In this document: piece after piece, positions 39,344-48,929 of the stretch | Position numbering within the stretch: the first letter of the stretch is position 1 | How the letters are laid out: the number at the start of each line of letters is the position of its first letter | Source: Paraburkholderia sp. | Lineage (GTDB): Bacteria > Pseudomonadota > Gammaproteobacteria > Burkholderiales > Burkholderiaceae | Reading direction: 5' to 3' | DNA: 64,000 nucleotides | NCBI GenBank assembly: GCA_004322045.1 | Contig: SCRN01000009.1 | Span: 35,949-99,948, forward strand | Position numbers and translations under genes: made by a program | Notes under the pieces: generated by a model | What the model was told of the DNA's origin: nothing | Databases searched by the model: none | Seen by the model: only the letters and a program-made list of their open reading frames with translations

Positions 39344-39667
39344 GTGGAACAAAAGGGAGCTCTAATGTCAGAAGTCAACAAGGAGAGATTGATGTCCGAT
39401 ATCAGAACCGTCCTCTCGGACGCCGAGGATCTGTTGAAACAGGCCGCTAACGCGACGGGCGAGCGCGCCTCCGAGCTGCGCGAAACGGCATTGAGCCGTT
39501 TGAAGCAAGCGAAGGAAAAAGCGGCAGACGTGCAAGTCGTCGTTGTAGAAAAAGGTAAGAAGGCGGCGCGCGCCACCGACGACTACGTCCACGAACATCC
39601 TTGGACCGCGATCGGTGTCGCGGCGGGCATCGGCGTGGTCGTCGGCTTGCTCATCAACCGCAAGTAA
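39344..39667 (+). CDS. DUF883 (ElaB/YqjD-like) membrane-anchored protein
   Basis: Helical N-terminus and a conserved C-terminal HPWTAIGVAAGIGVVVGLLI anchor. The start may instead be MSEV at 39365. Confidence 0.75.
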   Translation: MEQKGALMSEVNKERLMSDIRTVLSDAEDLLKQAANATGERASELRETALSRLKQAKEKAADVQVVVVEKGKKAARATDDYVHEHPWTAIGVAAGIGVVVGLLINRK

Positions 39668-39809
39668 GCGCGTTCACGCGAAGGGCGGCTCGCGTCGTCC
39701 TTTATTCCCGCGAGCTTTCGCCGGACAGGGCCGGCGTCGAGCGCGTGTTCGCGCTTGGCGCCGTTGTTGCCGCTGCCGGCTGTCGCATTGCATGCTTTCT
39801 CGCCAATCC

Positions 39810-40196
39810 ATGCCAAACGATACCCATTCGTCGCATCCCAGCCAGGGACCGCTGCGCCGCATGATCTCATCGGTGTTCGCTCTTCTGCACACTCGGCTCG
39901 AGTTGATCGGCATCGAGCTTGCCGAGGAGCGCGAACGCATCGTTGCCGTCATCTTCTTGGGGCTCATCGCCGTGACGTTCGCGATGTTGGCGCTGATCAG
40001 CCTCACCGCCCTGATCGCGGTCGCCTTCTGGGACAGCTACCGTTGGCAGGTACTGGCCGGCATTACCGCCGTTTATGGGCTCGGCGCAGTGATCTGCGCC
40101 TTGCGCGCTCGGGCGGGACTGCATGCCGCGCCGATCGTCTTCGAAGCCACGCTGCGCGAGTTCGAGAAGGATCGCGACATGTTCCGTGAGCCTTGA
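39810..40196 (+). CDS. YqjE-like (phage holin family / DUF1469) membrane protein
   Basis: Carries LLHTRLELIGIELAEERERI followed by two TM segments. Conserved position after the DUF883 gene. Start set at ATG 39810. Confidence 0.6.
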   Translation: MPNDTHSSHPSQGPLRRMISSVFALLHTRLELIGIELAEERERIVAVIFLGLIAVTFAMLALISLTALIAVAFWDSYRWQVLAGITAVYGLGAVICALRARAGLHAAPIVFEATLREFEKDRDMFREP

Positions 40197-40232
40197 GCAC
40201 AACCGCCGGCCTTTTGGACGCCCCATTGCCCC

Positions 40233-40718
40233 ATGAGCCAAACCCCATCGCCTAGCTCGACGCAGCGCCGCAGCACGCCGGTGCACGATTCGAGCACCTT
40301 GCAGATGCGCGCGGTCCGCAAAGAGTTGTTGCTGCTGCGTGCCGAGGTGGAACGCTCCGAATTCGTGAAGGCGCGCTTGGAGCTAAACCGCAAGTTCGCC
40401 AATCTGAGTTGGCTCAGGATGCTCGTGCCCGGCTTCGGGCCCGGCCGCGCACGCGCCAAGGCCACGGGCCGCGGCGTGAATGCAACGCTGACCGACTTGG
40501 TGCTCAATCATCCGCTCGTCAGTTCGCTCGCGTCCGTCATCTTGGCCAAACCCCTGCGCGCCACCGTGGCAGCCGGCGCAAAGCCCCTGCTAAAGTGGGG
40601 GGCGCTCGGCGCGGCCGGCTGGGCCGGACTGCGCCTGTTGAGCCACTTGTCCGCGCGTAAACAGCAGGCGCAGGAACAGGAACAGGAAGCGGCGGATGGC
40701 CCGAGAGATGAGTCGTAG
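40233..40718 (+). CDS. YqjK-like protein
   Basis: 161 aa, the third gene of the yqjD-yqjE-yqjK-type arrangement. It has a coiled segment RKELLLLRAEVERSEF. Confidence 0.45.
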   Translation: MSQTPSPSSTQRRSTPVHDSSTLQMRAVRKELLLLRAEVERSEFVKARLELNRKFANLSWLRMLVPGFGPGRARAKATGRGVNATLTDLVLNHPLVSSLASVILAKPLRATVAAGAKPLLKWGALGAAGWAGLRLLSHLSARKQQAQEQEQEAADGPRDES

Positions 40719-40801
40719 CGGGAGTCCCGCGGGCGGGCACGCGCTCTGAGCGACAAGCAACGCCTCTTAAGGAGCGCAAGCTCTCTGGCGCGGTTGCCTG
40801 C

Positions 40802-41263
40802 CTACGCCCCACGACCGGCCCAGCACGCCTGCGCATCGACGTCCGCACCCCGTGCATCGCGATTCGAGCGCATACCGAACCCGTCGAGCACAAAAGTCCC
40901 GCACGCGTCGCCGTGCATCGGGCCGCCATCGACCGGCTTTGCCCAGATTTCATAGCCGGTGCGACCATCCGCGCCCTGCACCCACTCGATGCGATAGACG
41001 ATGCGGCCATGTTCCGGCGCCCGATCGAGGCCAGCCGGCAACGAAGGCTCGGAATCGATGTCGCCATCGGCCATCCGGACAACGACATACTGCGCGGCCC
41101 GATGCAGTGCGACTACCGCCTCGATGCGATGGCCACGAGCCGCATAGGCGACGTATGCCGGCATTCCATAGCCAACCACCACCGCCAGCATAGCGAGTGC
41201 AATGACGAGTTCCAGCATCGAAAAGCCAAGGCGCGGCGCTCGCCGGGTGAACGGTCGCATCAT
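40802..41263 (-). CDS. type IV pilin-like protein (PilE-like)
   Basis: Prepilin-type N-terminus GFSMLELVIALAMLAVVVGYGMP. Start set at the MM at 41263. Confidence 0.7.
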   Translation of the reverse strand: MMRPFTRRAPRLGFSMLELVIALAMLAVVVGYGMPAYVAYAARGHRIEAVVALHRAAQYVVVRMADGDIDSEPSLPAGLDRAPEHGRIVYRIEWVQGADGRTGYEIWAKPVDGGPMHGDACGTFVLDGFGMRSNRDARGADVDAQACWAGRGA

Positions 41264-41922
41264 CGCCCGGCTCCATCGGCAAGGATGCGCCTCCACGCGC
41301 GTCGCTCGCGCCCGCCTTCCCGCCTGATCACAAGTTGCAGCACCGCTCGCGCCGCCACGCTCGCACCGAAGCCGCGGGCGGTGATCCAATACCCGTGTGC
41401 GTCGGGATTTCCTTCGAAGCGCGCCTCTTCGATCAGGCATTGCGGCGGCCGCGCCGATCCCGGCCAGGAAGGAACAGGCTCATACGCGGCGAGACGATCG
41501 AACGCTTCGGCCGTCGTCCAATGCGGGGGCGGCCCGTTCGCCGCTGGCATCACGGGCGCGACCCCGGCGCGTAACGCCTCGTCGCATAGGGTCAATGCGC
41601 TCAGCGCGGCCTGGCTCGCGCGCAAGTGCGCATGGACATCCGCCGCGTGGCGAGTTTGTGCAATCGACGCTTCCAGCCAAGCCGCCGATGTGGTCAGCAT
41701 CATCGCGGCGAGTATGAGCGCGCTCGGCAGCGCAACGCCACGATGCACAGCCGGCCCGCATTCACGCAATGTGCGCCCCGGCTTGCGCACACGCATGGCC
41801 GCCTTGGCGCACGCAGCGCAATCGACGCTACGGGGGCGTTCGCGCGGCTCACACGGCTCACACGGCTCACACGGCTTGCACCGCTTGCACCGCTCGTAGA
41901 AACGGCCTCGTGCAACAGTCAT
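41260..41922 (-). CDS. PilX-like type IV pilus minor pilin/assembly protein
   Basis: Hydrophobic segment GVALPSALILAAMMLTTSAAW in the PilX position of the operon. The ATG at 41922 overlaps the pilW stop (ATGA). An alternative start at 41796 would remove the Cys-rich leader. Confidence 0.5.
   Translation of the reverse strand: MTVARGRFYERCKRCKPCEPCEPCEPRERPRSVDCAACAKAAMRVRKPGRTLRECGPAVHRGVALPSALILAAMMLTTSAAWLEASIAQTRHAADVHAHLRASQAALSALTLCDEALRAGVAPVMPAANGPPPHWTTAEAFDRLAAYEPVPSWPGSARPPQCLIEEARFEGNPDAHGYWITARGFGASVAARAVLQLVIRREGGRERRAWRRILADGAGR
41843..41898. repeat. imperfect 9-bp tandem repeat (CGGCTCACA x3, then CGGCTTGCA-like units)
   Basis: Direct reading of the sequence. It is in frame within the 5' part of the PilX-like ORF and encodes CEPCEPCEP. 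Confidence 0.85.
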
Positions 41923-42752
41923 AGCACCGCCTCATGATTGCGCACGATGACGTGGCGCGATAGCGATAGCCTGTCCCGGCCGTCCTTGCTCTGCGCGCGC
42001 CGGCCGTCGCAATCGACGAACGACGCGCCTGCCGCGGCCCGCCGCCCTCGGACGACGACGCATAGATCGACCGCGACGACGTCAACCCATTGCGCGGGCG
42101 CAATCGAACGGGCGCCGATCGGTTCGGCCGCCCCGCGCAGCCAATAGCGCAGCGACAAGCGCTCGATGCCCTCGACGAGCGGCTGCGGCGTTCTCGCGTG
42201 ACCATTGCCGAAGCAGTAGAGCTCGGGCTGCTCCCGCCCGGCCGGCAGGGAGACATAAAACCGGTTGACGATTACGGCGTATTCCCCCTGGCGTTCGACG
42301 CCTTGCCCAAGGCAATCGGTGGGTTCGCCCAACGTGCTGGCCCAGGTCGCTATCGCATTGTCGGCGTAGCGCACGACGAGCCCATCCGAGTCCGGCGGGT
42401 GGGACGGATGAAGCACGCAGCCAAAGTCGTCGGCTTGTCCGCCCGAAACGGGCCGCATGCCTTGGCAACCGAAGACCCCCGGCATCACCTCCAAACGCAG
42501 CGCCGGCTGATCCACAGGCGCAAACCCTGCCAACTGAATGTGCTGGCCGACGATCGTCAGCGCCGCCGCGCCAGCCTCTCGCATCCATGCGGCATCGGCC
42601 GACCGCATGAAGGTGTCGCGCTGCGATCGATACAGCGCCAACGCACCGGCGAGCACGACGAGCCCCAGCGCCGCTGCAATGAGCCATTCGAGCAGCGTGT
42701 GTCCCGCTTGCCGCCGCTGCGAGCGCCGAGGCGCGATCTCGGCCGCCGTCAT
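41919..42752 (-). CDS. pilW: type IV pilus assembly protein PilW
   Basis: Prepilin-like N-terminus GHTLLEWLIAAALGLVVLAGALALY, with size and operon position typical of PilW. Confidence 0.7.
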   Translation of the reverse strand: MTAAEIAPRRSQRRQAGHTLLEWLIAAALGLVVLAGALALYRSQRDTFMRSADAAWMREAGAAALTIVGQHIQLAGFAPVDQPALRLEVMPGVFGCQGMRPVSGGQADDFGCVLHPSHPPDSDGLVVRYADNAIATWASTLGEPTDCLGQGVERQGEYAVIVNRFYVSLPAGREQPELYCFGNGHARTPQPLVEGIERLSLRYWLRGAAEPIGARSIAPAQWVDVVAVDLCVVVRGRRAAAGASFVDCDGRRAQSKDGRDRLSLSRHVIVRNHEAVL

Positions 42753-43183
42753 GGGCGGCTCGCAAACGGCAGTGCGATGCAGCGCGAGGCGGCGCTGTTA
42801 TCCAGAGATGAACACGAGCCTTGTCGAGGCGCTCGGCCCTGCTCGGGCAAATCCACCTCGCGCGGCCAATGCACGACGACCGCACCGAGGCCACCCGCTT
42901 CGTCGACGATCGCTACTCGCGCACCCGGGAGGACGGCACCGACGCGCTCGCGCATATGAGCCAAGCGGAACGAAAGTCCCTGCCCGGCGGCCATTGTCTC
43001 GGCAACCGATGCCGCAATCCACGCCGCCTGCTCGCGATGCGCCGCCGAGCTGGCGCCGCGCAGCGCCGCGAGTTGCGCAGCCGCCGCCCCCAAGATCGCA
43101 CTTGCCACAAGCGACAGCGCGATGAGCACTTCGAGCAAGGACGCACCGGTGCTGCAACGCGCAGGCGAAAAGCGGCCTCTCAT
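42749..43183 (-). CDS. pilV: type IV pilus modification protein PilV
   Basis: N-terminus GASLLEVLIALSLVASAILG. Start set at ATG 43183. The track ORF extension is out-of-frame overlap with fimT. Confidence 0.65.
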   Translation of the reverse strand: MRGRFSPARCSTGASLLEVLIALSLVASAILGAAAAQLAALRGASSAAHREQAAWIAASVAETMAAGQGLSFRLAHMRERVGAVLPGARVAIVDEAGGLGAVVVHWPREVDLPEQGRAPRQGSCSSLDNSAASRCIALPFASRP

Positions 43184-43767
43184 GCTCGTGCCCGCCCGCT
43201 GCAGCCGCCGCGCTCCAGCCGCGCTCTCCCGCCCGCTGCAATGCGGATGCAGCGGTTCCAGGCGCCGCTCTGTCCGACCACCGCGCGGCCCGCAGCCGCG
43301 AACTCGAATTTCCGAAAGCCGCCAATCACTTGCCCGACCGGCGGAGTGAATTCCACTGCGCCCGCAGCGGCCACGATCGAAACGCCTGCAGGATGCCGAT
43401 AGACACGTAGCACTTGGGCGACACGATCGGGATCGACAACCACCATCCAGCCACAAGACCAGGCATGCGTCCCGCCAACGCAACGATGCCCCTTCGGCAA
43501 ACACTGCGCTCGCCCATCGGCGGGACAGACGACGACACGCGTGCCGCGCGCAATCGCCTCGCCGCGCGCAAGCGTCAGACCGGCGAGCAAGGCCCTAGCC
43601 GCGGCGTCGATCCGGTCCCGCGCGTGCCAAGCAGAGAAGACCGGCGTCGCGATCAGGGCGCTCGATGCCACGAGCACAGTGACGACCAGCAGTTCGACCA
43701 GCGAAAAACCACCGCGCCGCGACCGACCCCGCCGCGCAATACGCCTGCATTCGAATACGCCCCGCAT
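43180..43767 (-). CDS. fimT: GspH/FimT-family minor pilin
   Basis: N-terminus GGFSLVELLVVTVLVASSALIATP and the FimT-like DRIDAAARALLAGLTLARGEAI. Confidence 0.7.
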   Translation of the reverse strand: MRGVFECRRIARRGRSRRGGFSLVELLVVTVLVASSALIATPVFSAWHARDRIDAAARALLAGLTLARGEAIARGTRVVVCPADGRAQCLPKGHRCVGGTHAWSCGWMVVVDPDRVAQVLRVYRHPAGVSIVAAAGAVEFTPPVGQVIGGFRKFEFAAAGRAVVGQSGAWNRCIRIAAGGRARLERGGCSGRARA

Positions 43768-43932
43768 GTCCCCGCCCTCACGTCATCGGCAAGAGGCCAA
43801 TCTATCGCGTGTAGGCATGCGCAACCATATGCCGTTCGGCCGAATGGCGCGCGCGTGCGCCGCGAGCCGACAATGGCGCGTCGTATCGATTGAGGATAGC
43901 GGGGGAACAGCAGGATGAAGCGAAGAGGGAAA

Positions 43933-44412
43933 TCAGCGCTTGCGGGTGGGCTTTTCAGGTTTCGGCCGGCGAAACTCCTCGATCACGTCCTCGAAATCGG
44001 ACACGTCTTCGAAGCGCCGGTAGACGGAAGCGAAACGCACATAGGCGATCTTGTCCAACTGCAGCAGTTCGTTCATGACGAGTTCGCCGAGCCGCTCGCT
44101 GCGCACTTCGCGCTCGCCGCTGCCGAGCAGTTGATACTCGATGCGCGCCACAGCCGCGTCGATCGCCTCGGCGGAAACTGGGCGCTTACGCAACGCGAGC
44201 TGCATGCTCGCCGCAATCTTGCGGCGGTCGAACTCACTGCGGCTGCCGTCCTTCTTGACGACCGCCGGCAGCGTGAGCTCAACCCGCTCGTACGTCGTGA
44301 AACGCTTATCGCAGGCTGGGCAGCGGCGGCGCCGCCGGATCGCGGCGCCGTCCTCCGATACGCGCGAGTCGACCACTTGCGTATCTTCGTGCCGGCAGAA
44401 GGGGCAGCGCAT
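43933..44412 (-). CDS. nrdR: transcriptional repressor NrdR
   Basis: [42 protein letters not shown] zinc ribbon plus an ATP-cone. Confidence 0.92.
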   Translation of the reverse strand: MRCPFCRHEDTQVVDSRVSEDGAAIRRRRRCPACDKRFTTYERVELTLPAVVKKDGSRSEFDRRKIAASMQLALRKRPVSAEAIDAAVARIEYQLLGSGEREVRSERLGELVMNELLQLDKIAYVRFASVYRRFEDVSDFEDVIEEFRRPKPEKPTRKR

Positions 44413-44418
44413 GGCCGA

Positions 44419-45666
44419 TCAACGATAGACCGGGAACCGCTTCGTCAGCTCGGCCACCTGGGCGCGCACGCGTTCGATCGTTGCGGCGTCTTCCGGATTG
44501 TCGAGCACATCGGCGATCAGGTGGCCTACCTGCTCGGCCTCCTTCGTGCCGAAGCCGCGCGTGGTCATGGCGGGCGAGCCAAGACGAATCCCGCTCGTCA
44601 CGAACGGCTTTTCCGGATCGTTCGGAATCGCGTTCTTGTTGACGGTGATGTGCGCTGCACCGAGCACCGCCTCGGCCGCCTTGCCGGTGATCTTCTTCGC
44701 CCGCAGATCGACGAGCATCACGTGGCTTTCCGTGCGGCCCGATACGATGCGCAGGCCGCGCTTGACGAGCGTTTCCGCCAATACGCGCGCGTTTTCCACA
44801 ACTTGCTGCTGGTAGACCTTGAACTCGGGCGACAGCGCTTCCTTGAACGCGACAGCCTTGCCGGCGATCACGTGCATGAGCGGGCCGCCTTGAATGCCCG
44901 GGAAGATCGCCGAGTTGATCTGCTTCTCGTACTCGGCCTTCATGAGGATCACCCCGCCGCGCGGGCCGCGCAGGCTCTTGTGCGTGGTCGTCGTGACGAA
45001 ATCGGCGTGCGGCACCGGGTTCGGATACACGCCTGCCGCGATCAAGCCGGCATAGTGGGCCATGTCGACCATCAGGTACGCACCCACCGACTTCGCGATC
45101 TTCGCCAGACGCTCGAAGTCGATGCGCAGCGCGAATGCCGATGCACCCCCGACGATCAGCTTCGGCTTGTGCTCCTGCGCGAGCTTCTCGGCGGCGTCGT
45201 AATCGATGTCTTCCGCTTCGTTCAGCCCGTAGCTGACGACGTTGAACCACTTGCCCGACATGTTCACGGGCGAGCCGTGCGTCAAGTGACCGCCTTCGGC
45301 CAGGCTCATGCCCATGATCGTGTCGCCGGGCTTGAGCATCGCGAAAAACACGCCCTGGTTCGCCTGCGAGCCCGAGTTCGGCTGCACGTTCGCCGCTTGC
45401 GCGCCGAACAGCGCCTTCACGCGGTCGATCGCAAGCTGCTCCACCACGTCGACGTACTCGCAGCCGCCGTAGTAGCGCTTGCCGGGATAGCCCTCGGCGT
45501 ATTTGTTGGTGAGCTGCGAGCCCTGCGCGGCCATGACGGCCGGGCTCGTGTAGTTTTCCGACGCGATGAGCTCGATGTGCTCTTCTTGGCGGTGATTTTC
45601 CTGCTGGATGGCGTTCCAGATCTCGGGATCGACGTTGGCGATCGTGCTTTGGGCTCTGTCAAACAT
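44419..45666 (-). CDS. glyA: serine hydroxymethyltransferase
   Basis: Carries [39 protein letters not shown] and [14 protein letters not shown]. Start set at ATG 45666. Confidence 0.95.
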   Translation of the reverse strand: MFDRAQSTIANVDPEIWNAIQQENHRQEEHIELIASENYTSPAVMAAQGSQLTNKYAEGYPGKRYYGGCEYVDVVEQLAIDRVKALFGAQAANVQPNSGSQANQGVFFAMLKPGDTIMGMSLAEGGHLTHGSPVNMSGKWFNVVSYGLNEAEDIDYDAAEKLAQEHKPKLIVGGASAFALRIDFERLAKIAKSVGAYLMVDMAHYAGLIAAGVYPNPVPHADFVTTTTHKSLRGPRGGVILMKAEYEKQINSAIFPGIQGGPLMHVIAGKAVAFKEALSPEFKVYQQQVVENARVLAETLVKRGLRIVSGRTESHVMLVDLRAKKITGKAAEAVLGAAHITVNKNAIPNDPEKPFVTSGIRLGSPAMTTRGFGTKEAEQVGHLIADVLDNPEDAATIERVRAQVAELTKRFPVYR

Positions 45667-45827
45667 ACGCGTTCCGTTAAGGGTGTACAGGTTGGCCGAG
45701 TCGCGCGCGGGACACGTACCGGTCGTACGCTCGCGCTGCTGGCGGTAAGCCAGCCCTGGCGTGGCGGAAGGTTCCGTTACGCGGGCAAGGCAACCGCTGG
45801 CGGCGCAAACGACGGCGCGCAATATTC

Positions 45828-45922
45828 GGCTGCCCAGGCGAACGGCAAAACGGCACCCTGCGCTTCACGGTGGGTTGCTCCACCTTGACCCCGAGGGTCT
45901 TATCGCCAGTCACGCAGGGATG
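45828..45922 (-). promoter_or_regulatory. ZTP (pfl-motif) riboswitch aptamer in the glyA leader
   Basis: Minus-strand RNA reads CCCUGCGUGACUGGCGAUAAG...GGUGGAGCAACCCACCGUGAAGCGCAGGG, a linker, then CGCCUGGGCA. This carries the hallmark GACUGGCG and CGCCUGGGCA elements with a P1 pairing CCCUGCG/CGCAGGG. Confidence 0.75.
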
Positions 45923-46018
45923 AGCGCGATAGTGTATTGGAAGCGCCACCAATAGGCAATTGGGGAAGTTTTACGCAATTTCGAGACCGGCGCGCGCGAT
46001 CCGGTAAAATGTCGGGCC

Positions 46019-46489
46019 ATGAACCAGCCTACCAGCCGTGGCGGCTTGCAATTTACCTTCGACTGGCCGCTGCGCGTCTACTACGAAGATACCGACGCAG
46101 GCGGCATTGTCTTTTTCGCCAACTACCTGAAGTTTTTCGAGCGTGCCCGCACCGAGTGGCTTCGTGCGTGCGGCATCGATCAACGCAAGCTGGCCGAGCA
46201 GTGCGGCATCGTCTTCGTCGTCAGCGACACGTCGGTGCAATATCGCTCGCCCGCGCGCCTGGACGACATGCTGACGATCGCGAGCCGCATCGAGCGGCTC
46301 GGCAAAGCGAGCGTCGAGTTCGTCCAGGAAGCGTGGCGCGGCGATGCTGTCCTCGCCATCGGCAAGGTGCGCGTCGGCTGCGTCGATCATGTCGCGCTCA
46401 AACCCGTCGCCTTGCCGGATTGGGTATCGACGGCATTACGCAGCGCCCCGCTCGCATTTGCGGCCGGTATGTCAACGGCAAGCGCTTGA
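46019..46489 (+). CDS. ybgC: tol-pal-associated acyl-CoA thioesterase YbgC
   Basis: Hotdog-fold motif VYYEDTDAGGIVFFANYLKFFERARTEWLR, positioned upstream of tolQ. Confidence 0.85.
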   Translation: MNQPTSRGGLQFTFDWPLRVYYEDTDAGGIVFFANYLKFFERARTEWLRACGIDQRKLAEQCGIVFVVSDTSVQYRSPARLDDMLTIASRIERLGKASVEFVQEAWRGDAVLAIGKVRVGCVDHVALKPVALPDWVSTALRSAPLAFAAGMSTASA

Positions 46490-46643
46490 TTTCCGTTGAG
46501 TCTACGTCCATGAACTTGTATCGTGCCGGTCGATACCAAGCGGGGTGCGGCGTTGAAGCGGCGGCGCTTTCGATTGCCCGACAAAAACCCTATTCGCGCC
46601 TTGCAGCGAGCCCTGCCCGTTCCGACGCATAAGCCTATCCTTT

Positions 46644-47321
46644 ATGACCAACGCACAAGACTTATCGATCGTTTCTCTAGTCCTCAATGCGAGCTTGCTC
46701 GCGCAAGCGGTGATGGGGCTTTTGCTCTTGCTGTCGCTGATGTCGTGGACGTTCATCTTCCGCAAGTGGTTTGCCATCCGGCGCGCGCGGGGGCAAACTG
46801 AGCAATTCGAACGCGACTTCTGGTCGGGCGGCGACTTGCAGGCGCTGTACCAAAGCGCGGCGAACAATCGCCACACGATCGGCGGGCTCGAGCGGATCTT
46901 CGAGTCGGGCATGCGCGAGTTCTTGAAAGGAAAAGAAAGGCGGATCAACGATCCCGGCGCGATCCTCGACGGCGCGCGCCGTGCGATGCGCGCCGCGTTC
47001 CAACGCGAAATGGATGTGCTCGAAGCGAACCTCGCTTTTCTCGCCTCGGTCGGTTCCGTGAGCCCGTACATCGGTTTGTTCGGCACGGTTTGGGGCATCA
47101 TGAACGCGTTCCGGGGTCTCGCCAACGTGCAGCAGGCGACGCTCGCCAATGTTGCGCCGGGTATCGCGGAAGCGCTGACGGCCACGGCCATCGGCCTGTT
47201 TGCGGCGATCCCGGCTGTCGTCGCCTACAACCGCTACGCGCACGACATCGATCGCCTCGCGATCCGCTTCGAAACGTTCATCGAAGAATTCTCGAACATC
47301 TTGCAGCGCCAGGCGCATTAA
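46644..47321 (+). CDS. tolQ: Tol-Pal system protein TolQ
   Basis: 225 aa with the MotA/TolQ/ExbB pattern (GSVSPYIGLFGTVWGIMNAF, APGIAEALTATAIGLFAAIPAVVAYN). Confidence 0.9.
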   Translation: MTNAQDLSIVSLVLNASLLAQAVMGLLLLLSLMSWTFIFRKWFAIRRARGQTEQFERDFWSGGDLQALYQSAANNRHTIGGLERIFESGMREFLKGKERRINDPGAILDGARRAMRAAFQREMDVLEANLAFLASVGSVSPYIGLFGTVWGIMNAFRGLANVQQATLANVAPGIAEALTATAIGLFAAIPAVVAYNRYAHDIDRLAIRFETFIEEFSNILQRQAH

Positions 47322-47331
47322 GGAGTACGCG

Positions 47332-47781
47332 ATGGCCGGCTCCACCAACCGTTCCAGCATGCGCGGCGGCCGTTCCCGCCGGGCGATGGCCGACATCAAC
47401 GTCGTGCCGTATATCGACGTCATGCTGGTGCTGCTCGTCATCTTCATGGTGACAGCGCCGCTCGTCGCGCCTTCGATCGTGAACCTGCCCACGGTCGGCG
47501 GCGCCGCGCCTCAGCAGCAGACACCGCCCGTCGTCGTCAACGTCCGCGCCGACGGGAAGCTGACCGTTCGCTACAAAGACGACGCCGGCGGCTCGCAAGA
47601 GGAACAGATGACGCGCGCCGATCTGGCCGCCTTCGTCACCGAACGCGAGGCCTCGCACCCTGACCAACCGGTCGTGATCGCCGCCGATAAGACCGTGCAG
47701 TACGAAGCGGTCATGAACGTGATGTCCGACTTGAAGGCGCGCGGCGTCAAGCGCGTGGGCCTGCTCGTCAAATCGCAATGA
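47332..47781 (+). CDS. tolR: Tol-Pal system protein TolR
   Basis: ADINVVPYIDVMLVLLVIFMVTAP, an ExbD/TolR motif. Start at the ATG after AGGAG. Confidence 0.9.
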   Translation: MAGSTNRSSMRGGRSRRAMADINVVPYIDVMLVLLVIFMVTAPLVAPSIVNLPTVGGAAPQQQTPPVVVNVRADGKLTVRYKDDAGGSQEEQMTRADLAAFVTEREASHPDQPVVIAADKTVQYEAVMNVMSDLKARGVKRVGLLVKSQ

Positions 47782-48815
47782 ACCCCAAGCAGTCCGTCTA
47801 CCCGCTGCAACCGCCTCGCGAACGCGGCACTTGGCGCGCGTTCGCGCTTGCGCTCGTGATGCACGTGTTGCTGGGCCTGTTCCTCTATCACGGCATCCAT
47901 TGGCAGAACAGCACGCCTGCCGGTGCGGAAGCCGAGATCTGGACGGAAATTCCGCCCACGCCCACGCCTAGGCAGCCGCCTGCCCCCCCTGCTCCGCCCG
48001 TGCGAGTGCAGCCCGCGCCGCCCGTCGATCAAGAGCAGGCGGACATCGCGCTGCAGGAGAAGAAACGCAAGGAGCAGGAAGCTGCGCAGCGCGCGGCGCA
48101 GCTCGCAGAGCAACAGCGTCAGAAGGCGCTGCAGGAGCAGCAGGAGCAGCAACAGCAGGCCCTGCGCCAGGAAGCGCAAGCGCGCGAGCAAGCGGCGCGT
48201 CTCGCCGCACAAAAGGCCGCAGCGGATAAGCTCAAGCAGCAGCAGGCGCAAGCTCAGAAGCAGCGCGAGCAGCAACAGGCCGAACAGCAAAAGCAAGCGC
48301 AGTTGAAGCAACAGCAGCTCGAAGCCCAACAAAAGGCCGAAGCGGAAAAGAAGGCCGAAGCCGAAAAAGCCGCCGAGGAAAAGGCCGCCAAGGCGAAGGC
48401 GCTGGCGCAGCAGCAAGCCAAGCAGAAGCAGCAGCTGGAGCAAGAGCGGCGCGCGCGGCTTTCGCAATTGCAAGGCATGGCGGGCCAAAGCGAAGGCGGC
48501 AATGGTCTCGCAAAAAGCGGCACCGGCAGCGGCTCCGGCGGCACGTCGGCCTCGCCCGGCTACGCCGATAAGGTACGCAGGCGCGTCAAGCCCAATATCA
48601 TTTGGGCCGGTGCGACCGAAGGGCTCGAAACGGTCGTGTCCGTGCATTGCGCGCCCGATGGCCAATTGCTGTCCGTTTCAATCAAAAAGAGCAGCGGCAA
48701 TCCTCAGTGGGATACGGCGGCGGCAAACGCGGTGAACGCATCGAATCCGATGCCCCTCGACCTCAATGGGAAAGCGCCGGCGTCGTTCTTGATCACACTG
48801 CGGCCGGCCGGCTAG
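47778..48815 (+). CDS. tolA: Tol-Pal system protein TolA
   Basis: N-terminal TM, a long Ala/Lys/Glu/Gln-rich helical domain II and a C-terminal TolA domain. Operon position supports the call. Confidence 0.85.
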   Translation: MNPKQSVYPLQPPRERGTWRAFALALVMHVLLGLFLYHGIHWQNSTPAGAEAEIWTEIPPTPTPRQPPAPPAPPVRVQPAPPVDQEQADIALQEKKRKEQEAAQRAAQLAEQQRQKALQEQQEQQQQALRQEAQAREQAARLAAQKAAADKLKQQQAQAQKQREQQQAEQQKQAQLKQQQLEAQQKAEAEKKAEAEKAAEEKAAKAKALAQQQAKQKQQLEQERRARLSQLQGMAGQSEGGNGLAKSGTGSGSGGTSASPGYADKVRRRVKPNIIWAGATEGLETVVSVHCAPDGQLLSVSIKKSSGNPQWDTAAANAVNASNPMPLDLNGKAPASFLITLRPAG

Positions 48816-48929
48816 AGCTGACGAGGGAAACATGCGAGACGCGACGCATTGCGCATCGACAGGAACGATTCCTGCATCCCGTAGTCTCTTTGCTGTCGTG
48901 CCATTTTTTCGCTTTATGGGATTTTCAGC

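Noticed and set aside
43915-45888. 657-aa plus-strand ORF, the longest unexplained ORF in the track
   Set aside because: It lies entirely antisense to nrdR and glyA, whose products are unmistakable. Its Arg/Leu/Asp/His-rich composition is typical of high-GC shadow ORFs.
47920-48520. Highly repetitive Ala/Lys/Glu/Gln-rich stretch, checked as a possible novel repeat protein
   Set aside because: This is the normal helical domain II of TolA in its expected operon position.
47571-48665. 364-aa minus-strand Leu/Arg-rich ORF
   Set aside because: It is antisense to tolR and tolA. Its repetitive LLL/RLL composition is the complement of the TolA Lys/Glu/Gln/Ala-rich domain.
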